Positions 51,466 to 57,876 of a DNA stretch of 64,000 nt are shown here, one piece after another; position 1 is the stretch's first letter; each line of letters opens with the position of its first letter. The translations under genes were made by a program, and so were the position numbers. The DNA is taken from positions 37,416 to 101,415 of the forward strand of contig CAMHNI010000001.1 in the NCBI GenBank assembly GCA_946186505.1, given 5' to 3'. The notes under the pieces were generated by a model. It was given only the letters and a program-made list of their open reading frames with translations. It was not told the DNA's origin and did not search any database. Source of the DNA: an uncultured Prevotellaceae bacterium (lineage in GTDB: Bacteria; Bacteroidota; Bacteroidia; Bacteroidales; Bacteroidaceae).

Positions 51466-52305
51466 TCAAATTTCTCCCTCCCTACAGGGGAGGGCCGGGG
51501 TGGGGCTTTTATAAGGCTTGTCGAAGTCCAGCACGTGGAAGTTGTGCTGCCGCTGGTGGTCACCGTCGGGAATCACCATGTAGTCGCCGTATTTTCGTGT
51601 GAGATAGGTGTCGGCCTGTTCTACGCCCAACACCTGCTCTCCCTCGAAGGGGTAGGGCTGCGGAGTTCCGAGTATTTCGGGCGACATGGTACCTCGCTGG
51701 CCGTCGTCATAGTCGGCCACCAGCGCCGACTTTTCGTAGTCGTAGGCCAGCAACAGGCGGCGTATCTTCTGCTGTACGCCTGCCAGCGTGTAAAGCCGCC
51801 GACAGAGCAGCGGCACCCACGACGAAGGGCCGTGGCCGTGCTTGTAAGGGTCGCGGTGCAGCAGATAGAGCACCCGCTTCAGGTATTCGTAATGGGCGAA
51901 GTGCAATCGGCGGCGCCAGCTCGAGGCCGGCACACCGTCGATGGGGAACACGTCGATATAGATGCCGCCGAGGTAGCGTAGGTGGAGTCGCTCAATGAGC
52001 GTTGTCGAGGCATCCTGTACCTTACCGAACGGCAGTGGGTAGGCCGCGTCGTTCTCTGCACAGACAAACTCGAAGGGCTGCTGAAGCCACTCTCGGCTAT
52101 GGGCGATGAACTGCTCGTAGTCAGGCCGTGGCATGGCAATGTCAATGTCGTCATCCCAGGGAATAAACCCCTGATGACGCACGGCGCCTAACTGAGTGCC
52201 CGCCCAGATGTAGTACCGCAGCCCGTGCTCACGACAACAGCTGTCCACAGCCAATAGGATGCGGAGAATGCGCTGATGAAGCTGGTTGACGTCGTAGTTT
52301 GCCAT
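51466..52305 (-). CDS. LicD family phosphotransferase, second paralogue
   Basis: The protein begins MANYDVNQL... and contains GLRYYIWAGTQLGAVRHQGFIPWDDDIDI. I trimmed the start to the ATG at 52305 because the -7 box lies at 52327-52334. The last 13 codons are encoded by the antisense of mini-element copy B. Confidence 0.8.
   Translation of the reverse strand: MANYDVNQLHQRILRILLAVDSCCREHGLRYYIWAGTQLGAVRHQGFIPWDDDIDIAMPRPDYEQFIAHSREWLQQPFEFVCAENDAAYPLPFGKVQDASTTLIERLHLRYLGGIYIDVFPIDGVPASSWRRRLHFAHYEYLKRVLYLLHRDPYKHGHGPSSWVPLLCRRLYTLAGVQQKIRRLLLAYDYEKSALVADYDDGQRGTMSPEILGTPQPYPFEGEQVLGVEQADTYLTRKYGDYMVIPDGDHQRQHNFHVLDFDKPYKSPTPALPCREGEI
51475..51508 (+). repeat. GC-rich hairpin plus G-tract mini-element, copy B. 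It is antisense to the genes and sits at the LicD2 / GT4 junction.
   Basis: The sequence is tccctccctacaggggagggccggggtggggctt, which matches copy A at 33 of 34 positions. Confidence 0.8.
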
Positions 52306-52326
52306 AGCTTTTCCCGTATTTTTGTG

Positions 52327-52334
52327 CAAAGATA
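52327..52334 (-). promoter_or_regulatory. Bacteroidetes -7 promoter box (TATCTTTG) for LicD2/GT4
   Basis: TAnnTTTG on the minus strand, 22 nt upstream of the ATG at 52305. Confidence 0.5.
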
Positions 52335-52397
52335 CAAAGATTTTACGAAATAAGCTTTGACAGGCCTATTATTTTTGGTAGTTTCATGCTTTTATTG

Positions 52398-52405
52398 TAT
52401 CTTTG
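52398..52405 (+). promoter_or_regulatory. Bacteroidetes -7 promoter box (TATCTTTG) for the GH51/GH105 genes
   Basis: TAnnTTTG 36 nt upstream of the ATG at 52441. Confidence 0.55.
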
Positions 52406-52440
52406 CAAAGCGAAACTAATAACCTAATAAAACAACAGAC

Positions 52441-54879
52441 ATGAACAGAATGACTCTTTCACTGTCAGTCATGCTCGCCGCCACAGCCGCTACGGCACAG
52501 GTGAGCATTGATATTGACGCAAACCAGCGTGGCCCGAAGATCAGCCCCACGCACTACGGCATCTTCTTCGAGGACATCAACCACGCCGCCGACGGCGGAC
52601 TCTATGCCGAGCTCATCCGCAACCGCTCGTTCGAGGACGGTCCCGCCTACGGCCAGCCCGCCGACATGCAGGCCTGGTCCACCTATGCTGCGGCACCGTC
52701 AAAGCTCACAGCGCGTCTCATCCAGCCCACCAAGAAGACACCCCTGCTGAACAGTGCCCAGCAGAACGCCCTCGAACTGACCATCGACGGCACCCGCCAG
52801 CCCGTATGCTTAGTGAACGAGGGCTACTGGGGCATCAACACCGTCCAGGGACGCCACTACCGCCTGTCGTTCTGGGCTAAAGGTAACTACAAGGGCACCA
52901 TCAAGGCCACCCTTGCCGCCAAGGACGGCTCCGTCATCTATGCCTCAACCGATGTTGAGGCCACGCTGACGAAAAACTGGACGAAGTACACAGCCACTAT
53001 GACCGCCGACGGCAACGACCCGCAGGCGCAGTTCGTTCTGGTCTTCGACGGCAAGGGGGTCATCGACCTTGATGTCGTGAGCCTGTTCCCGCCGACGTTC
53101 AAGAACCGCGAGAACGGCCTGCGCCCCGACCTGGCACAGATGCTCTTCGAGATGCATCCTAAGTTCATGCGTTTCCCCGGTGGTTGCTTCGTCGAGGGAC
53201 AGATTTCGCCGGAAAATGCCTTCCGCTGGGAGCGTACCATTGGTCCCATTGAGGAGCGTCCAGGCCACTGGAACGTGAATTGGGGCTACCGCACTACCGA
53301 CGGCATCGGCTTCCATGAGTATCTGCAGATGGCCGAGGACCTCGGTGCCAAGCCGCTCTACGTGGTGAACGTGGGCATCTGGCACGGCGGACAGACAGCC
53401 GTCGACTCGCTGCAGCCGTGGATTGACGAGACGCTGGCCGCCCTTGAGTATGCCAACGGCGACGTGACCACAAAGTACGGTGCCCTCCGCGCCAAGAACG
53501 GCCATCCTGCTCCGTTCAACATCGAGTACTTAGAGATTGGCAACGAGAACAACCAGCCCGACCCCCGCCAGCAGAGCGACCACTACTACGACCGCTTCCG
53601 CCTGTTCAAGGAGCAGATACTGAAGAAGTACCCGAAGATGCACCTCATCGGCAACGTCGCCGCCTGGGGCACCGACACGCCGACGTGGGACAGCCAGGAG
53701 AGCGTCGAGCTCCTCGACGAGCACTACTACCGCAACCCGGCGTGGTTTGCCGACAACTTCCATAAGTACGACACCTACGACCGCCGTGGCCCGAAAATCT
53801 ACGTCGGCGAGTATGCCGTCACCGACGGCTTCGGCGACTTGGGCAACATGAACGCCGCCCTCGGCGAGGCTGTCTACATGATGGGCATGGAGAACAACAG
53901 TGATGTTGTGCCGCTGAACTCATACGCCCCCATCTTCGTCAACGAGAACGACGCCCGGTGGCGTCCAGACATGATTCGCTTCAACTCCAGCCGCGTCATG
54001 GGCACACCTTCTTATTATGTACAGATGCTCATGCCCCGCAACGTGGGCACACAGGTGGTGAAGGTCAGCCAGACGAATCCCTACGAGGGTGCTGCCTTCA
54101 GGAAGCCCGTCACGCCGCAGAAGAGTCGCGTGGGTTATGCTACCTGGGGCACCAAGGCATCGTACACCCACATGGATCCGCTGCCCAAGACCGGCAAGCC
54201 GCAATTCGTCGTCGGCGACTGGCAGGTCACCGACGGCGTGCTGAGTCAGACGAGCCTGCGGGAGCAATGCGTGGCGCTGTGTACCGCCGAGGTGGGCGAC
54301 CACTATACCGTGAAGTGCCGTGCCCGCAAGGACGACGGCCGCGAGGGCTTCATCATTGTGTTCAACTACGTCGATCCGCAGCACTACTGCTGGGTGAACT
54401 TCGGCGGCTGGGGCAACACGCAGCATGGTCTGGAGCAGATCAGTGGCAGCGGTAAGTCGCAGACGGCCACCAAGCGGGGCCGCGTGGAGGCTGGCCGCTG
54501 GTATGACGTGACGCTGACCGTCAGCGGCGACTCGGTGAAAGCGTGGCTCGACAACGACCTGGTGTTCGACACCGTGCTGAAGCACGACACGTCGACGGGT
54601 GTCTTCTCGAGTGCCACCATCGACGACCAGACGGGTGAACTCATCGTCAAGGTTGTCAACTCGCAGGCCGAGGGCACTACCGCCCGCCTGAACATCAGCA
54701 ACTTTGCGGTGAAGAGTGCCAAGCTCATCCAGCTGCGCGCCAACACAGGTTACGACGAGAACACCCTGCAGCAGCCCACCAACATCAGTCCAACCGAGCA
54801 CGAGCTGTCGCCGGAGTGCAATGCCGTCGACGTGGAGCTGCCCGCCTATTCGCTTAACATTATCAGAATCAAGAAATAA
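52441..54879 (+). CDS. Glycoside hydrolase family 51 alpha-L-arabinofuranosidase with an extra C-terminal beta-sandwich domain
   Basis: 812 aa with a signal peptide. The N-terminus is GH51-like (ISPTHYGIFFEDINHAADGGLYAELIRNRSFE). The acid/base region reads YLEIGNENN. An added lectin-like C-terminal region covers about 250 aa. Confidence 0.85.
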   Translation: MNRMTLSLSVMLAATAATAQVSIDIDANQRGPKISPTHYGIFFEDINHAADGGLYAELIRNRSFEDGPAYGQPADMQAWSTYAAAPSKLTARLIQPTKKTPLLNSAQQNALELTIDGTRQPVCLVNEGYWGINTVQGRHYRLSFWAKGNYKGTIKATLAAKDGSVIYASTDVEATLTKNWTKYTATMTADGNDPQAQFVLVFDGKGVIDLDVVSLFPPTFKNRENGLRPDLAQMLFEMHPKFMRFPGGCFVEGQISPENAFRWERTIGPIEERPGHWNVNWGYRTTDGIGFHEYLQMAEDLGAKPLYVVNVGIWHGGQTAVDSLQPWIDETLAALEYANGDVTTKYGALRAKNGHPAPFNIEYLEIGNENNQPDPRQQSDHYYDRFRLFKEQILKKYPKMHLIGNVAAWGTDTPTWDSQESVELLDEHYYRNPAWFADNFHKYDTYDRRGPKIYVGEYAVTDGFGDLGNMNAALGEAVYMMGMENNSDVVPLNSYAPIFVNENDARWRPDMIRFNSSRVMGTPSYYVQMLMPRNVGTQVVKVSQTNPYEGAAFRKPVTPQKSRVGYATWGTKASYTHMDPLPKTGKPQFVVGDWQVTDGVLSQTSLREQCVALCTAEVGDHYTVKCRARKDDGREGFIIVFNYVDPQHYCWVNFGGWGNTQHGLEQISGSGKSQTATKRGRVEAGRWYDVTLTVSGDSVKAWLDNDLVFDTVLKHDTSTGVFSSATIDDQTGELIVKVVNSQAEGTTARLNISNFAVKSAKLIQLRANTGYDENTLQQPTNISPTEHELSPECNAVDVELPAYSLNIIRIKK

Positions 54880-54882
54880 GCT

Positions 54883-56001
54883 ATGAGAAAACTACTCTTA
54901 TCTTTATGCCTGCTCGCCGCAGCTGCTGTGCAGGCGAAGCAGTGGACGGCAGACCAGGTGAAGGACGTCATCCGCAAAGTGAACACCTACTGGCAGACGA
55001 ACAACAAGGCTGAGGTGCGCTCCTTTTGGGACAACGCCGCCTACCACACCGGTAACATGGAAGTATGGAAACTGCTCGGTGACCAGCAGATGCTCGACTA
55101 CAGCATACGCTGGGCTGAGCACAACGAGTGGAAGGGTGCCAAGGAGGCCGACCCTGCCAAGTGGAAGTACAAGAACTACGGCGAGGGCCAGGACTACGTG
55201 CTCTTCGGCGACTGGCAGATCTGCTTCCAGACTTACATTGACCTTTACAACATTCAGAAGGACGAGAAGCGTGTAGCCCGTGCCAAGGAGGTGATGGGTT
55301 ACGAGGCCGACTCCGAGGCCAACGACTACTGGTGGTGGGCCGACGCCCTTTATATGGTGATGCCCGTGATGACGAAGATGTACAAGCTGACGGGTAACAA
55401 GAAGTACCTCGACAAGCTCTATGAGAACCTGCTCTACTCCGACGGCATCATGCTCGACCCCGAGACGGGCATCTACTTCCGCGACGGCAAGTACGTCTAC
55501 CCCAAGCACAAGTCGGCCAACGGCAAGAAGGACTTTTGGGCACGCGGCGACGGCTGGGTGCTCGCCGGACTGGCCAAGGTGCTGCAGGACATGCCCGAGG
55601 AATATGTGCGCCAGCCGTTCTTCGTCAATAAGTACGTGACGCTGGCACGCGCCGTGGCCAAGCTTCAGCAGAAGGAGGGCTACTGGACGCGCTCGATGGC
55701 CGACCCCGACCATGCCCCCGGTCCCGAGACTTCGGGTACGGCGTTCTTCACCTATGGCATGCTGTGGGGCGTCAACCACGGCTACCTGTCGAAGAAGGAG
55801 TTCGCCCCCGTTATTGCCCGTGCTTGGAAGTACCTGACGGAGACCGCCCTGCAGCCCTCAGGCAAGGTGGGCTACGTGCAGCCCATCGGCGAACGCGCCA
55901 TCCCCGGACAGACCGTTGACCAGAACTCCGAAGCCAACTTCGGCGTCGGTGCCTTCCTGCTCGCAGCTTGCGAATACGTAAGATATCTGCAAGGTCATTA
56001 A
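54883..56001 (+). CDS. Glycoside hydrolase family 105 (unsaturated rhamnogalacturonyl hydrolase, YteR/YesR-like)
   Basis: 372 aa with a signal peptide. Motifs: ...DYWWWADALYMVMPV..., ...FWARGDGWV..., ...GTAFFTYG... Confidence 0.85.
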   Translation: MRKLLLSLCLLAAAAVQAKQWTADQVKDVIRKVNTYWQTNNKAEVRSFWDNAAYHTGNMEVWKLLGDQQMLDYSIRWAEHNEWKGAKEADPAKWKYKNYGEGQDYVLFGDWQICFQTYIDLYNIQKDEKRVARAKEVMGYEADSEANDYWWWADALYMVMPVMTKMYKLTGNKKYLDKLYENLLYSDGIMLDPETGIYFRDGKYVYPKHKSANGKKDFWARGDGWVLAGLAKVLQDMPEEYVRQPFFVNKYVTLARAVAKLQQKEGYWTRSMADPDHAPGPETSGTAFFTYGMLWGVNHGYLSKKEFAPVIARAWKYLTETALQPSGKVGYVQPIGERAIPGQTVDQNSEANFGVGAFLLAACEYVRYLQGH

Positions 56002-56025
56002 TATTACCTGTCATGATACTGGAAG

Positions 56026-56074
56026 CGCTTCCTTGCTGTCATCGCTTTTGTCAGCAAGGAAGCGATGCTTTTAC
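56026..56074 (+). terminator. Intrinsic terminator after the GH105 gene
   Basis: The stem is CGCTTCCTTGCTG / CAGCAAGGAAGCG (13 bp) with a 13-nt loop, followed by atgcTTTT. Confidence 0.6.
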
Positions 56075-56137
56075 TACGGGGAAAACATGAGAAAGGTGCC
56101 ATCTAAAGGCTAAAGTAGACCGTGCAAAAGTTAAAAC

Positions 56138-56209
56138 GGCGACAATGGATGATAAAACAATGCCAATGGATAATAAAACAGCGACATTGGATGATAAAAC
56201 GGTGACGCC
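56138..56209 (+). repeat. 21-bp tandem repeat, about 3.4 copies, upstream of an ECF sigma factor gene
   Basis: The units are ggcgacaatggatgataaaac / aatgccaatggataataaaac / agcgacattggatgataaaac / ggtgacgcc... Confidence 0.85.
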
Positions 56210-56283
56210 GTTTAATCTTTTTGAGTGAAAAATGCAATGTTTTTCCATCTTGTGTGTATATATAGGTAGAAGACAAAGTCAAA

Positions 56284-56823
56284 ATGGAACAAGACTCAAC
56301 CATCCTGATCAGCAACCTGCGACAGCGCAAGCCTGCCGCCTGCCAACGGCTACTCACGGAGTATGGTCCGGCGGTGTTTCGCATGGTACAGCGCATCGTT
56401 ACGCGCCGCGAGGATGCCGAAGAGGTCTATCAGGATGTGTTTGTCAAGGCCCTGCGCGGCATCGAGGGCTATAATCCCCGTCAGGCATCGCTCGCCACAT
56501 GGCTGGGCCGCATTGCCTACCACGAGTCGCTCAACTTCGTGCGCGGCAAAAAGCCCAACATCGTCTATATGGACGACAGCGAGCTGGGCATCGACACGCT
56601 GGAGGCCCCCGACGATGCCCAGCCTGACGAACAGACCATCCGTCAGCTGGAACAGGCCCTGGCGATGCTGCCGTCCCATGAGCAGGCCATCGTCAGCATG
56701 TTCTACTACGATAACATGAGCCTCGCCGACATTGCATTCGTCACAGGTTCCATTCCCTCTACCGTCGGCTCGCAGCTGAGCCGTATCCGCAAGAAACTCT
56801 ACCGAATCATCAAAACGCTCTGA
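56284..56823 (+). CDS. RNA polymerase ECF-type sigma-70 factor
   Basis: 179 aa. Region 2 reads AEEVYQDVFVKALRGIEGY...WLGRIAYHESLNF. Region 4 reads DNMSLADIAFVTGSIPSTVGSQLSRIRKKL. Confidence 0.85.
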   Translation: MEQDSTILISNLRQRKPAACQRLLTEYGPAVFRMVQRIVTRREDAEEVYQDVFVKALRGIEGYNPRQASLATWLGRIAYHESLNFVRGKKPNIVYMDDSELGIDTLEAPDDAQPDEQTIRQLEQALAMLPSHEQAIVSMFYYDNMSLADIAFVTGSIPSTVGSQLSRIRKKLYRIIKTL

Positions 56824-56826
56824 ACA

Positions 56827-57858
56827 ATGAACGACATCAAAAACGACAAGAACCTGCGCGAGGCTGTCAGCCGACGGGAGCAACAGTTGCCGCCCATACC
56901 TGATGACCTGAATGAAAGGGTGATGAAGAGCCTTGTGGAGCCTGAGACGGCTCCAAAGTCTCGCCGACTGTGGGTCTATGCAGCCGTAGCCGCTGCCGCC
57001 AGCATCGCCCTGCTGATAGTTTTTAACTGGGGCAAGCAGCAGAGCCCGCAGGAGCCCGTCGTGGCACAACAGAGTCCGCGACACGAAGTCAGCCCAGTCA
57101 GCCCAGCCAGCGCAACCATCGTCCAACCAGAGGTCGTGCCCGACGAGCAGCCAGAGGAAAAACCCGTATCGGCACTCAGCGAGGATGCGCCTCAGCAGGC
57201 AGAGCCGGCATCTACGGAGGATGTCAGCCCCCACCAATCTCCCCTCGAAGAAGAGGCTCCCCCTCTTTGGGAGGGGGCGGGGGGGGAGACCGAGCCCTTC
57301 TTCATTGCCTCCACATCGTATATGGTCACGCACAGGAACTACAGAGGCAGCCTCGCCACGTCGGAATCTGAGGAAGGCTCTGCAATCCAAATGTCGACGA
57401 AAACGGTATCACAGAACCGCCCCCAGAGGCCCCAGATTCCCCTTCGTAAGCTGACGAAGAAGGAAAGGGAACAGGCAGCTGTGCTCGGTGCCATTGCCAC
57501 GAAGCGGTGGCATATCGATATCACTTCGATGAACACCCTGCGCTATGGGTCGCGAGCAGTGACGTCTGACTTCTATCTCGAACTGCGAGGCGACACACTG
57601 CGTAGCTACCTGCCCTATCTCGGTGATGCCCATATACCGACGATGTCGCCGTCGATAGGCCTGAACTTCGAGGAGCCTGTGCTGACCTACAAGGAGAGCA
57701 AGCCGAAGAAGTACACACAGATTGACATCGACGTGAGGACCCGTGAGGACTCCTACCACTATGTGGTTGAAATATACGACAATGGTCAGGCGTATATCCG
57801 TGTACGATCGATGAACCGCGACCCCATCAGCTTCGACGGCACATTGGAAATCGAATAA
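56827..57858 (+). CDS. Putative anti-sigma-like membrane protein with a low-complexity linker and a C-terminal DUF4251-like domain
   Basis: 343 aa, starting 4 nt after the sigma gene. It has a short cytoplasmic N-terminus, one TM helix (LWVYAAVAAAASIALLIVF), a Pro/Glu/Ser-rich linker, and a C-terminal beta-rich domain. Confidence 0.55.
   Translation: MNDIKNDKNLREAVSRREQQLPPIPDDLNERVMKSLVEPETAPKSRRLWVYAAVAAAASIALLIVFNWGKQQSPQEPVVAQQSPRHEVSPVSPASATIVQPEVVPDEQPEEKPVSALSEDAPQQAEPASTEDVSPHQSPLEEEAPPLWEGAGGETEPFFIASTSYMVTHRNYRGSLATSESEEGSAIQMSTKTVSQNRPQRPQIPLRKLTKKEREQAAVLGAIATKRWHIDITSMNTLRYGSRAVTSDFYLELRGDTLRSYLPYLGDAHIPTMSPSIGLNFEEPVLTYKESKPKKYTQIDIDVRTREDSYHYVVEIYDNGQAYIRVRSMNRDPISFDGTLEIE
57257..57288 (+). 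repeat. GC-rich hairpin plus G-tract mini-element, copy E, in sense orientation and in frame in the anti-sigma-like gene. It contains a G8 run.
   Basis: The sequence is ctccccctctttgggagggggcggggggggag. CCCCCTC and GAGGGGG form the stem, followed by C G8. It encodes PPLWEGAGGE. Confidence 0.65.
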
Positions 57859-57876
57859 CTAAATATCAACCGACTT

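Noticed and set aside
56138-56209. Possible CRISPR array.
   Set aside because: The units are directly adjacent 21-mers with no spacers. There are only about 3.4 copies and no cas genes in the window. This is a plain tandem repeat.
56243-56256. The alternating TGTGTGTATATATA tract upstream of the ECF sigma gene as a Z-DNA or regulatory element.
   Set aside because: It is short, present once, and compatible with an ordinary AT-rich promoter region. There is no supporting pattern elsewhere in the window.
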